This document shows, in pieces, positions 25,291-37,984 of a stretch of 64,000 nucleotides of DNA. The position numbers were made by a program, and so were the translations under genes. Source of the stretch: Chiloscyllium plagiosum. Taxonomy: Eukaryota. The first letter of the stretch is position 1. Every line of letters begins with the position of its first letter. The notes under the pieces are model-generated. The model searched no databases. It was not told where the DNA came from and worked only from the letters and a program-made list of their open reading frames with translations. The stretch spans positions 21,363,882 to 21,427,881 of the forward strand of contig NC_057720.1 of assembly GCF_004010195.1 (NCBI RefSeq), in the 5' to 3' direction.

Positions 25291-27289
25291 GGTCCCTGTG
25301 TTCCTTTATACTTTTCAGTAACCCACCATCCATTACATTTGAAAGAGTCTCATTACTTCTTCAAGTATAATTCTATATTTGAGAATTATAGTTCAGGTAT
25401 TATAAGCAGTGAATTTCTTAGTCATGTTTTTCCTCTACCTTTTAGCATTCCTTTTGCTACAAATGAAATATGAACAATTTAATTTTAAAAATAGCATGAG
25501 AGAGTGAAATGTTTAGCTTCTTCCTTTGCGAAGGCTAGGAGAATGATACATTCATGCCTTGGCATGTCCCCTTTATCAGTCGAGCACACTAACATTTCTT
25601 GGCACAGAATTACAATCTAATTTTATCAATGGCTTCAGTCTCTTATTTTGATGCCCTGATGAATGCCTGAAAAAAAAAAATCTTTTTAAAATTCTTTCTA
25701 AAGAGAAGGATCAAATATCAATCTTGCATTAGCCTCTGGTGAGCAGCACTTTGACCTTAGGCCATTTACAACAGGATTCTGACAGCTTTCAGTGATAGTG
25801 TAAAAAATACAGCTGAGACAAAGCATGCAGATTGGCGGAGTCAATTTGTACATTATCAAAGCATTTCTAGACCTTTGCACCTTTTCAATTGTCAGCTCAA
25901 ACACATCACTACATAGCCTCAGTGCCCCTAGTACTTTAATAGCAAACATTTTCACCCACTGGATTGCAGGTCTGCAATCTGATTGCACACAGTAGATGGC
26001 TGCAGAGGTCAATACATCGAGCAGAGTTTTAGGCTGATTAAAGGATCTGTGAATGTCCTGTGCATTCAGTGCAGCTCACATTGAATGCTTCGTGTCATAT
26101 TGACTGAGTGATAAATCTGATGTTCCCTGGTCTGTATGTCCATACAGACATGTTTTGACACAGTGTATTTGAGTGCTAATAATGACATTATAAGATGTTG
26201 GAAAGACATCTAATTCAGCATCCACAACCAACCATACTGTCATTTCCTATTTTCTGCACAATTGACAGCAGAGACTTAGGGGAAAATTTCTCTTTCAGAT
26301 TAAATTTCTAAAGCACAGGTCTTTGTGCTATAAAACGATAAGACCAGAGCCAATACGTCAATCCTGCTATCATCTGTCAATCAACCTAAAACATCTTCAA
26401 AATAACATGTTACATATTGTAACTTGAGTTAAAAATACAGGTTTATTTAAAAAGGGCTGTCTGACAATTGAGTTCCATGAAAAAATTTATACAAACTTAG
26501 TTTTACATTTAAATGATAATTCTTCATTGCAATACCATTATGCACATGTCACCCTCATTAATGTAGCATTTAGCTCAGTCCAATGTAGAATTAAGTAATG
26601 GATTCTGTAGTCCCAAGTTTTTGCATGACACTTGTATTTGACTTTGATGTAATTAATTTATAGGAAGTCATAAATGTAACATTTGATTTCTATATATAAC
26701 ATATAATGTATACCCCAATAATACCATGTTTGAGGCATTCAGTTTGTATATAACATTGCAGCAGTGAATCAGTTATTATGTCTTCAATTGATGATTGGAA
26801 CTGTCACCAGTCCCTAGCAGATGAAGTAATTGTAATCAAAGTCAAAAAGCTATTGATATTTACATTGCTTTTGTTAATATATTTCTACCAATGTTAAATT
26901 AAAGGAGTTCTGCCTTCAAGATATGTGTTTATCAGAATTTTTCTAAAGTAGGATGATATGAGAGTAGTTTCTTTTTCAATTGGATTTGAAGAGGATGAAA
27001 ATTGAATGGATTCTACAATGGGTGAACAATTGTCTCTGCTAAATTTATTTCTGAAGCAATGAAGGTGAATAATTTACCATTTGCCTCATTAATTTTGTGT
27101 TTGAGGGCATATCACACACTTTCAGTAAATGTGACTACAGCTTATTCCTTCCTTGGATTTTTATTGTGCTTAACCTCAGTTTCTTCCTCTTTCAGCATTC
27201 AAAACAATGCCCATTCCTGTATCATATCCGTCTTACCCCTCAACACTAATGCCCCTTAACATACCCAATTGTAACAGCCCCAAGCTACT

Positions 27290-27575
27290 TCTAAATGCCT
27301 TCTGTCTTCCAATAAATATCAGGAAGACTGAAGCCACTGTCTTTGTTCCACAAACTCTCGAGTCTAAGCTACTGACTCTGTCCGTTGCCGTGAAAACTAC
27401 CTGAAACTACTACAGACAATTCGCAACAACATGTGACCACAAGCTGCATTCTGACCACATACCTGAGCCATCATTAACCTTGTCATCTCCATTAAACACC
27501 TAGCACTGCCTCTGCTTATGTTCATCTGCTGCTGAAGCCCTCATCCAAGCCTCCATTATTGCAAGACATTGTTGT
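27290..27575 (+). mobile_element. L2-like LINE RT C-terminal remnant
   Basis: NIRKTEATVF and SSAAEALIQASI..R translations are typical of the L2 C-terminal region. Confidence 0.5.
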
Positions 27576-27959
27576 ATCAGGTAAGGGTTCCGAAAGGGTT
27601 AATATTGGAGACTACATTAAATTCGATCAATCTGATGATGTCAACAGTCTCTGAATGGGTAAATCAGGAGAGTAGCTCGTGAAAGGGACAGATGTGTCAT
27701 CTGTGTCTTTGAATATGCTTAGAGGAGCAGAATCTTCCATTGGAGAGAAAATTCAGAGAATTGTGTAACTGATAGAAATGGCTGAGAGGAGCTGCCTGCT
27801 GTCAAGACCAAAACTTTCCATTGGAAGGGGGAGATGTGATTCTTACCAGTGAAAGGCAAGACCTATATTAGCATGCATTGACATACATTAATATCCTCAA
27901 TGTAACATCATCTCACTTTTTTGTTGGTGCAACTTCCCATCTCCCACCCATTGAAGAGA

Positions 27960-29246
27960 AACAAACATTTCACCTGGACCATCTCTGACACCTTCCTCCC
28001 CTTCCTGGACCTCTCCATCTCTTTTAATGATGACCGCCTTGACACTGACATTTTTTACAAACCCAACAACTCCCACAACAACTGGATTACACCTCTTCCC
28101 ACCCTACCTCCTCCAAAAATGCCATCTCGTACTCCCAATTTCTCCAGGAGGACCAGTTCCACCTCAGAACACACCAGATGGCCTCCTTCTTTAGCGATCG
28201 CAATTTCCCTTCCCACATGGTTGAAGATGCCCTCCAATGCATCTCGTCCACATCCCGCACCTCCGCCCTCAGACCCCCCCTCCAACCGTAACAAGGACAG
28301 AACGCCCCTGGTGCTCACCTTCCACCCTACCAACCTTCGCATTAACAGCATCATCCGCTGACATTTCCGCCACCTCCAAACGGATCCCACCACCAGAGAT
28401 ATATTTCCCTTCCCCATCCCTTTCTGCTTTCCGCAAAAAAACATTTCCTCCGTGACTACCTGGTCAGGTCCACGTCCCCCAACAACCCACCCTCCCTTCC
28501 TGGCACCTTCCCCTGCCACCGCATAAATTGCAAAACCTGCGTCCCCATCTCCTTCCTCATCTCCATCCAAGGCCCCAAAGGAGCCTTCCACACCCATCAA
28601 AGTTTTACCTACACATCCACCAAAATCATTTATTGTATCCGTTGCTCCCAATGCAATCTCCTCTACATTGGGGAGACTGGGCGCCTCTTAGCAGAGCGCT
28701 TCAGGGAACATCTCCGGGACACCCGCACCAATCAACCCCACCGCCTCGTGGCCCGACATTTCAACTCCCCTTCCTGCTCTGCCGAGGACATGCAGGTCCT
28801 GGGCCTCCTCCACCGCCACTTCCTCATCTTCCGCCTTGGAACACTTCAACCCCAGGGCATCAATGTGGACTTCACCAGTTTCCTCATTTCCCCTCCCCCC
28901 ACCTTACCTCAGTTCCAACCTTCCAGCTCAGCACTGTCCTCATGACCTGTCCTACCTGCTAATGTCTCTTCCCACCCTCCCCTCTGACCTATCACCTCCA
29001 TCCACACCCTCATTCACCTATTGTACTCTTTGCTACCTTCTCCCCAGCTCCCCGTGCACACCCCCCACCCCTCCCCCCATTTATCTCTCCACCCTGGAGG
29101 CTCACTGCTTCTATTTCTGATGAAGGGCATTTGCCCGAAATGCTGATTTTCCTGCTCCTTGGATGCTGCATGACCTGCTGTGCTTTTCCAGCACCACTCT
29201 GATATAAACTCTGGTTTCCAGCATCTGCAGCCCTCACTTTTGCCTA
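27960..29246 (+). mobile_element. Penelope-like retroelement (Neptune-type) 3' part: RT thumb, Cys linker, GIY-YIG endonuclease and pseudo-LTR; frameshifted
   Basis: FTWTISDTFLPFLDLSIS..TDIFYKP, GTFPCHRINCKTC, IIYCIRCSQCNLLYIGETGRLLAERFREH. Hammerhead-like CTGATGAAGGGCATTTGCCCGAAA at 29117-29140. Confidence 0.92.
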
Positions 29247-29519
29247 ACATTAATTCCTAGTCAGTCAAGCAAAATTCCAACTACCCTCTCCCTGACATGT
29301 CCAGGGCAAATAAACCAAACTATGTGAGGGAGCTGTGCACTGCCAGCTCTTGACCGGGTGAACAGCTGAACTTTAAAGATGGTATGGTGCCATGGAAGCT
29401 ATGGCAGTGGTTGATACCTCCACTTGCAGCAAGTGGGAGAATATGGTGAGTGGGATTCCATAGAAGCATGATGCCTAGTGAAGAAGGTGAGCTTGGGAAG
29501 ACAGTGTGAGAAACCCAAG

Positions 29520-29812
29520 GCAGCATGATGGTACCATGGTCAGCACTGCTGCCTCACAGCTCCAGGGACTTGGGTTTGATTCCAGCCTTGGGTAATTGTT
29601 TGGCGTTTGCACATTCTCTGCGTGTCCTCTAGTTTCCTCCCACATTCAAAAGATTTGCAGGCTAGGTGGATTGGCCTTTGTAAAGTTGCCCCATAGTGAC
29701 TGGGAATGTATAGGTTCAGTGAATTAGCCATGTTAAATATGGAGTTACAGGTCTGGGTGGGATGGGGAGTTGATGGACAAAATGTCCTCTTTCTGCACTG
29801 TAGGGTTTCTAT
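29520..29812 (+). mobile_element. HE1-type V-SINE, diverged
   Basis: AGCACTGCTGCCTCACAGC head and TTTGCACATTCTC core. Confidence 0.8.
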
Positions 29813-29949
29813 GAAAATTAGCTAGGACACTTGGAAAGGACCCCTCCATCTAACTTACCAAAAATGACACTTAACCAATTTCTGGGAACATTCAGCCCAA
29901 TGGCTAACTAGCTACTTTACCTTGTACTCCAACTGCCACGTACTTAAAT

Positions 29950-30450
29950 ATTCTAACCATTTTCGGCCAGCCAGTCACATTCTACCCTTCATAAACCTAA
30001 GGTCATCGAAAGCTGTCTTATAACATGTATCAAATCCAGCTTATCCGTCACCTTTAGTCTTCCTGAACAACATCAGCTTCCAGTCAAGCAGAATTTTACA
30101 ATTCTCATCCCTGTATCCAAATCCTTCTATAGCTTCACCCTGCCCACTTCTCTAATTATCCCCAGCCCCATAATCCTCTGAGATATCCATGCTCATCCAA
30201 ATTTCACCTTTTTAATGGCCCCAGTTGTTCCATCATTGGTGACCACACCCTCAGTTCCCTAAGCCCCAAAATTCAGAACTATTTGTTAAACTTACTGCCC
30301 CTCAACCTGTTTTTTTTTTATTCTCCTTAGAACTGATCTCTTTGATGTTTGGTCTAATGTTCCATTGTGTGACATTGTATTAAATTTTGTTTTATATTGA
30401 TCCTGGGGTATTTTCTGTTAAAGGCACCGTATAAACAGAAGTGGCTGTTG
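29950..30450 (+). mobile_element. L2-like LINE 3' end
   Basis: LPVKQ-F.ILI.V.KS-like remnant and tail GTTAAAGGCACCGTATAAA..TGTTG. Confidence 0.6.
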
Positions 30451-30672
30451 GTCCAATATTCTTCTTGTTGATTTTGCTAACATCTTATATGTTCCTCCTG
30501 ACGCTGCAATGTAGGTTTGCAACAGATTGTTATTCTTTAGGAACTTAGACCTAAAAGTGCAGGAAAAATTGATGCTAATTTTCAGTTCTGTGAAAGTAAC
30601 TTTTTTAAAAACAAAAGTCAAAAAGTAATTTTGATCAGTGAACCAAGGGCACCTTTTCTATGAAAGCATGTG

Positions 30673-31605
30673 AGTTTCATGATGATGGATCAGAACCCCA
30701 AAATATTTATGCACATATTGACTTTTAATTCAAATATATGTTTTTTTTTAAAGGAGGACCGCTATAAGGAAGTAATTGACTGAAGATGTAAATTCAGATG
30801 GAATTTGACTGGCAGAATCCTGTGTGGGCCCATGGAATGCCACACCCGTACAATGTGAGGGACACTTCAAACAGAAAGCGTAAAAAGGTAGAGATGATAA
30901 GAAGCTGGCCACCTACCTTCTTCTCCGCGTGACGCTATGTCCTGCAGATATATTTGTGTTTTATCTTTCCAGAGATATCTATAAAAAATTGATTTAAGAA
31001 TTGACTACAACTCCTGATCTGCATCTCCTAGTGGCTTGATATATTTGTGAATGGGCTAATGTGCTGTGAGGGTCACAGTTGACAATTGGTATTAAACACC
31101 CCTGGAATACTGTTAAAGAAAGAGAAAATATGTTATCTCAATATGAGTGCTATCGACCAGGCACTATTGAATGAAACCAGGACTAAATAATTTCAATCAA
31201 TCTGCAAAGGCAAGAATCTCCATACCAATAGCTAACCGAGCAAAGTCAGTGCTACTGGTACTATCTGATATAAAAGCCACAACTATCTATGACCAACTAA
31301 GAGACTTATTCGTACGTCTCTGTTTAACTTCTATCATTTTTAGACTTACTACTTATTCCTAACTTATGTATATTCATGTTGTTTCATTGTTACTTCTTGC
31401 ATTTGTTAACTAACAAACTCACTCTTTTGTTATCTCAAGAAAGCCTGGTTGAATTAGTTCCTTTGAAAATATAAGTGCACTCGGTTGAGTAGAAATGTAT
31501 TGACAGAGGAAAGGGTGTTTATTACAGTAATTTTGTTGCAACCAACTGAAAGATTGGATAAATAAAGAAAGGTAGCTGCTTATCCTCCTTACCTGACAAT
31601 TAACA
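30673..31605 (+). mobile_element. Possible degenerate solo LTR
   Basis: Start resembles the LTR end at 51942 (..ATGGA..CAGA.CC), ends TTAACA, AATAAA at 31561, flanked by ATGTG. The 5' end is not TG. Confidence 0.35.
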
Positions 31606-31610
31606 ATGTG

Positions 31611-32737
31611 TGGGACTGTACCATATTTGGGAACATTGCCCAGGCGCTGGTCCTAACATAGAGTCAGAAAGATATACAACACAGAAACAGACCCTTCAGT
31701 ACAACTACTCCATGCTGACCAGATATCCTAAATGAATCTAGTCCAATTTGCTGCCATTTGGCCCATACCCCTCTAAACCCTTCCTATTCATATACCCTTC
31801 CAAATGCCTTTTAAATGTTGTAATTGTACCAGCATCCATCACTTTATCTGGTAGCTCAGTCCATTTATGCACCACCCTCTGTGTGAAAAAAGTTGCCCCT
31901 TAGGTCCCTTTAAAATCTTTCCACCTTACCTTAAACCTATGCTCTCTAGTTTCCTCTGGGAAAAGACCTTGTCTATTCACCCTATCCATGCCCCTCATGA
32001 CTTAATGAACCTGTCTAAGGTCATCCTCAGCCTCCGACACTCCAGAGAAAATAGCTCCAGTCAACTCAGCCTCTCCCTTTAGCTCAAATCCTCCAACCCT
32101 GCCAACATCCTTGTAAATATGACTTAAGCTAAATGGCTCAAACTTCTACACGGAGAGTTAATTGCTGAATTTTTGCAACATTGAGCTTTATGTCCGACAC
32201 AGAAAGAAATGGTCAGGGGCCAATAATAGGTTGGGATTAGAACAGAAAGAGAAGTTATCTGAGCAAAAGGACAGCTTTATAGTTTGCAGAAGAGTCCAGA
32301 TTGTGAAAGATTAGTTGGTAGAAATGTCAAAGCTGTCAGAATTGAAAAGAAAACCTCACCATCAGAGCTGAAAGAGGTTTTAAACTATTTCAGTCATCCA
32401 AGAAGAAAGACAAGGAAGAGTTATTTGATGAAGAAACTAAAGAATAAAGATAGGACTAATACTTCAGTGGGATTGAGTGACTATAAAGGATATTTCAGGG
32501 AAAAGCGTTATTTTTGTTATTTGTTTTAAGATCATTGCAAAGCATCGTCTTTACATATACCTATGTTCGTGTAATAAACATGTGTTCTTTTGTTAAAAGA
32601 GTACTAGCTGCCTTATATGAATATGTACAGTGTCTGATCAGCATGGTAAATACAAAAATAAAGCATTTGATCTATCAATCCAGGTTTCACACTTGGATCT
32701 AACACGTTCAGTGTTACCATCATTTGGGACCTTAACA
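31611..32737 (+). mobile_element. Possible second degenerate LTR, interrupted by CR1
   Basis: TG...CA ends (ends TTAACA), AATAAA near 32657, ATGTG on both sides. Confidence 0.35.
31657..32120 (-). mobile_element. CR1/HER1-like 3' end
   Basis: CATAGAGTCA..GAAACAGACCCTTC..CCCTCTAAACCCTTCCTATTCAT, homologous to 54166-54650. Confidence 0.9.
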
Positions 32738-33859
32738 ATGTGGTACATCCAGAAGTTTCACTTATAGCTCTCTTCCTCTTTCTGAAAGAAAAGATAATGT
32801 AGGACATTTTATAAATCACTACCATCTGTTTCCAGGAAAGGGAAGAGATTTATTAAAATGGCGGTGTTGGTCAAGAGGGTATTAAATTCCTCTTTGCATG
32901 GATCCATTTTTTTACTGTTCTGAATACTGAATGTGGTGTAGCAGCCTCCTGGCTGTTAAAACACAAACAGATTGCTAACTTGGCCAAGCAGCAAGGGTTG
33001 CTGGGTATATTGACCAAGCAAAATTCTGAAGTCACAAAAACCCACACACCAACACAGTGCAAACACAGTGGCCAGGTGGTAATGACATTAGCATAATGTA
33101 AAAGGCAACAGTTATCTTGGACAAACATACCCCCAACAACTTATCCACCAAACAAAGAAGAGTCCAGTCAGAAAGGCACTGGGTCCTGCTACGCAAAGAA
33201 ATGAACAGTAGCAAGCCATCCAAATGATTGACAATATTTCAAACTATTAAATGTGCCTCTCTGATTGGCCAGAGCTATAGAAAGTTCCAGAAAACCATCA
33301 CAAAAAGTATCAAAACAGGGTTGACCTGCAGACCAATTTCCTTTGAATCTTCTGGAGGCCTTCCAAGGGACCAGCATGGCAAGAGGCCAGGACCAGCTGA
33401 CCATCCAGAGAGAGAGAATGAAAGTGGAAGAGATAAAGTAGTCTTGCAGACCCACAGACAGAGCCAGAGAGAGCAACTGCGTACATCTACAAGAGACTAG
33501 GAAGTATTGTAAGCTTAAGGAGGTGAATAGGATTAGAGATAGTATGTTTAGTATTAAAGGCTACTGTAACTTTGTTCCTAATAAAATTCAGACTGTTTTG
33601 CATTGATATTGGCTTGTGTTTATACTGATATAACCATTTTGGTATTGTGGGGCACCTAGGTAAATCATTCATAATATTCTGGATGGAATTGTCTAACTTG
33701 ATTTAAGAAGAAACTAGACAACAGTGTAAATTTAAAAATTGTAAACATTCCTTTTTCAGTTTTCTCCCAGCAAGCTTTCTGAGCCAGTTTTTTACTTCCT
33801 GTGAATCTGCTAAAACCTGTTTTCACTGAAAGTCGGATTGAGATAATGCCTTCTCTTTA

Positions 33860-35540
33860 CCGTGGCCATGCAATCCCTTTATACATCCAACTCCCTTCAG
33901 GATGGTCTCAGTGCTCTCTGCTTCTTCCTGGAAAAAAGGCCACTACCACCCTCCTTCATCTATCAGAATTTGTCCTCACTCTCAACAACTTCTCTTTTCA
34001 TTCCTCTCACTTTCTTCAGGTCAAAGGTATGGCCATGGGTACCCACATGGATCCCAGTTATGTTTGTCTCTTTGTGGAGTACGTGGAACATTCATTGTTC
34101 CAGTCCTATTCCAGCCCCCAGCCACAACTCCTCTTCCTATACATGAATGATGTCATCAGTGATGCTTCCCTCTCTCATCCAGAACTGGAAAAGTTTATCA
34201 ATTTTGTTTCCAATTTCCACCATCCTCTCACTTTCACCTGGCCCATCTCTGACTCCTCCCTTCCCTTCCTCCATATCTCTGTTTCTATTTCTGGAGATAG
34301 GCTTGGCCACCAATATCCACTACAAACCAATCAACTCCCACAGCTACCTTGACTATACATCCTCACACTCTGCCCTCCTTTAAAGGCTCTATTCTATTCT
34401 CCCAGTTCCTCCATCTCCATCGCCTTTGTTCTGGTGATGCCACCTTCAAGAAGGGGCCTCTCAAACATTCATCTTCTTCTTCAATTTGAAAATTTGCCAG
34501 CACCTCAGCCAGATCTGACTTACCTCCTGCACTCCCTCACCCCCTCTCTTCCCTCCCACAACAGTGATAGAGTCTCCCTTGTCCTCACCTCCCATCCCAC
34601 CAGCATCCACATCCAAAAGGATTATTTGCAGCCATTCCCATCACCTCCAGTAGGATACCACCACCAGTCACATATTTCCCTCCCCTCCCTTGTCAGCCTA
34701 CCATAAGGACCCTTCCCTCTGAGACATGCTGGACCACACCTAACACATCCCTTCACCTCCAGGGCACTTTCCCCCATAACGGCAAAAGGTTTAACACCTC
34801 CTTGTTTACTTCCCCCTTCCTGACTATCCAAGGACCCAAACACACCTTCTGGGTGAACGAGCACTTTACCTGCACTTCAATCAATCTAGTCTACTGCATT
34901 CGCTGCTCACAAAGTGGTCTCCTCCACACTGGGAAATGAAGGCAGACTGGGTGACCACTTCACGGAACACCCACGTCCTGTCAGCAAAAAAGACCCTGAG
35001 CTTCCAGTTGCTTGCCACTCCAACACACCACCCCGTTGCCTGGCCTACGTCTCTCTCTAAGACTTGCTGCAGTGCTCCAGCGAAGCTCAGTGGAAGCTGG
35101 AAAACAGTACCTCACTTTCCACTTGGGGACCCCGCAGCTTTCAATATCGAGTTCAACAATTTTAGGGCTTGAGGCAACGTCTCCCATCTATTTATCACAA
35201 CCCCCACCCACTATGCCTTGTTATTACAGTACATGGTCTGCTATTACACACAGCCCATTGTAGGCCACTCTCCATTACTAGCTGTTTATTCTCCTGGGCT
35301 GATCGTCATCCACTCCTATATCTGTCCAACTGTTCTTCTCTCGCTTTAGGCTCAGCCCCGCCTATCATTTATTGTTTATCCCCTTCCCCCACCCTATCTT
35401 CTGCATAAAAACCAACATGTTCCAAGCTACCAACAGTTCTAAAAGAGGGTCACTGGACATCAAGCATTAACTCGGATTTCTCTTCACAGATGCTGCCAGA
35501 CCTGCTGAGCTTTTCCAGCAACCTCTGTTGCTGTTTCTGA
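33860..35540 (+). mobile_element. Penelope-like retroelement remnant: RT core through GIY-YIG and pseudo-LTR (P2)
   Basis: LSEFVLTLNNFSF..FLQVKGMAMGTHMDPSYVCLFVEYVE, YMND at the YIDD position, FTCTSINLVYCIRCS..LHTG. Degenerate hammerhead at about 35437. Confidence 0.9.
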
Positions 35541-36164
35541 CACAATGCCCCACAGTTTCTCCTTTTGTGTGTAACAACCCGTGATTCAGTGCTCCATATC
35601 ATACAAAAGTTGGCAGAACAAATGAGTTTGAGAGTCTTTTAACTCCGTTACTTTAAAATTAGTTTGGTACGAAAAGCCATTTCTTGAATTCCAACCGTGC
35701 TAATTGTTGGAAATAGCGGAAAACAGGGAGACAGAGCATTATTTTTTTTCTTGAGCATTATTTCGAAATGCATCATTGAACAGGAGCATTAATTAATAAA
35801 GTTATGTTCCCATTACAGACTTGTTATGAAGATTGTATTTCCTGAAGCCATAGTTCAGACAAAACCTTTTTAGCAGCAGGTCAACTAACAAGTGAATCTA
35901 ACATTTTGTGCTCTTCCAGAAAATATGTTTTATTACTTATGAATGCAGATCCAATGAGCAAATTGTGTTAAGGAGCCATGCTTTGCAAGCACGTTTGGCA
36001 ACCATCATAGTACATTCCAAAACAGAACTACAGATCTGAGAAGCAGATAGCTCTGTTTTAACAATAGCTTCTTTTGTCAATGAGAGGTACTGCAGGGTTA
36101 ATGCTGAATTAGTTGCTGAGTTGAAGAGATTAAACTCTGCTGGCGATCATTTATTTCTGGGATT

Positions 36165-36400
36165 GGATAGCATAGCGGGTTAAGCTAATGTTTTTCTTCT
36201 GCCTCTGGGTTCTTGGTTTTACTCCAGCCACAGCTGATTAAATTAAAGCCTCTTCTCTGGACAGTATCAATTCAATTCTTGGTGAATATGACTTCACAGC
36301 ACAAAACTGCCTATAATTCAACATTAACTGGCAGATTAATCCAGATAGGGCACTAGAAGAGTTGTACTAAAGACTAGTAATGCAATAGCACAGCAGGAAC
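36165..36400 (+). mobile_element. Ancient tRNA-headed SINE relic, LF-SINE-like
   Basis: GGGATTGGATAGCATAG..CCTCTGGG..TCCAGCC head and CACAGCACAAAACTGCC..AATT..CATTAACTGGCA resemble recalled LF-SINE consensus motifs. Heavily diverged. Confidence 0.4.
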
Positions 36401-36839
36401 AGTTCTTCTGAGATTTTTTTAAAAGGCAAACATTAGTTCCCTTCTGTTCTTTTCCTCCCTAATATTTTCCTGTTTCACCTCTTTGTTTCTGCTGCCACTA
36501 TGTATTGTGGCAAAGTTAGAAGCTGATGCATGTTCTTAGGCATAACTTCACCTGATGTCGAGATACTTGATACTGATGTGGTACATAGAGCAGCAAGTGT
36601 ACCTTTCTCAGCATCGACATCCCAAACATTACAGAACATACATATGCAACAGGGGACCAGAGCAGCCATCTTGGTTAGGAAAATAGTCTAACCCCTCAGA
36701 CAGTGCATAATCATGGAATGCACACCAATTAAAAGGTTAGATATATATGAAGGAGGGATTATTTTTAATGACTGTTTTTCAGATACTCGTTGCATCAGCA
36801 AGCATCTGTGGAAACATCAAAGAAAAGGGTTTGATGTCA

Positions 36840-37180
36840 AAGAATTGCTTTTGTTGCTAATCCTGAACTGGCCATGAACTGAGGGCTTGCTAGGCTATTT
36901 CAAACCAAAAATGCTGCCTTGGGTTTAGTGTCTTATGTAGGCCAGAGAGTACAGGCACAGCAGATTGCTTTTCCTGCAGACCATTAGTGAATCAAATTTG
37001 GTATTTTCTAACAATCAATGATAGTTTCACACAGCTTAGACCAATATTCAATTTTAGATTTATTAATTACATTTATATTCAGAAGCTGCAGCAAATTTTG
37101 AACCCTTGGCTCCAGGATGTCAGTCTGGATCACTGGCTTATTAGTCTGATGGCATTACCACTACACCATCATCCTCCCCA
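36840..37180 (-). mobile_element. SINE family B, diverged
   Basis: ATGTAGGCCAGA..GGCACAGCAGATT..CATTAGTGAATC core. Confidence 0.65.
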
Positions 37181-37984
37181 TCTCTAGAGGAGGAGGTGGT
37201 GGAGAACTCTGAGCGAAGACAGGAAAGACTCATTACTTGGGAGCTGTCTTGGTGCAGCTGAAGTTCTGTTTCCCAAAAGATGTCATCTCATCATCGTTGT
37301 CCCTCCTTTATTCCTGAACTTTCAATCTGTCTGCTGAGTCTTCTCAGAACGTCCACTTGGCCACAATCCTGAAATAAAACCTCCCAACTAAAAACCCTTC
37401 TCGAACAGTTGCACATGCAGGAATATACAAAACACAGAACTATTCAGTGCTGTACATGCCCTGAGATCCTGTTGTGTAGGAGCCTTTCCCTGTTCCTGTG
37501 CTTTAGCACATTGTCACTCCACTGGCTGCAATATAGCTGGGGAAAGACTGCTTATTTTCAACGGGAGAGATTGCAGATGGCTTCAATAGATAACATCAAA
37601 CATCGCGGGACTTTCATGTCGTTTGGACTACACCAACTCGTCATCGGTGCCACATCCCGAGCTGAAGACTGAGTCAGGGCACTGTCAGAGTGGTGGTGAC
37701 CACACCATCTTTAGCCTGAACTTCATGCCAGAGAGCAGGATGAGATGGGATTTGAGAAGGAGTGTAAGTGGATACATACAGCCTTCTTGAATTCTCTCAA
37801 TGACGGCATAACGCAACAGATTCTGTTGTAGCCCTTACCTGTGCCACCTCCAAGGGCCCAGGCAATGTGTACATGCCTGTACCCCTCCAGTTATATGGTG
37901 CTCCCTTCCATGCGCCACAAAAGAGAGGCAAGCATGTTGCTGAAGGTATTTGGGTGATGTGCCTACACAGCTCAACTTGTTTAA

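Noticed and set aside
26130..26149. Perfect 9-bp inverted repeat GTCTGTATG-TC-CATACAGAC
   Set aside because: A hairpin of this size is expected by chance in 64 kb and has no supporting context.
27632..27660. CTGATGA as another hammerhead or C/D-box snoRNA
   Set aside because: No stem II followed by GAAA, and no properly spaced C/D boxes with a terminal stem.
28055..28651. 198-aa minus-strand ORF
   Set aside because: Antisense shadow of the C-rich Penelope coding strand, with no independent protein signature.
33801..34352. 183-aa ORF with reverse-transcriptase motifs as a functional gene
   Set aside because: Catalytic YIDD is degraded to YMND and the flanks are frameshifted, so it is a dead Penelope copy.
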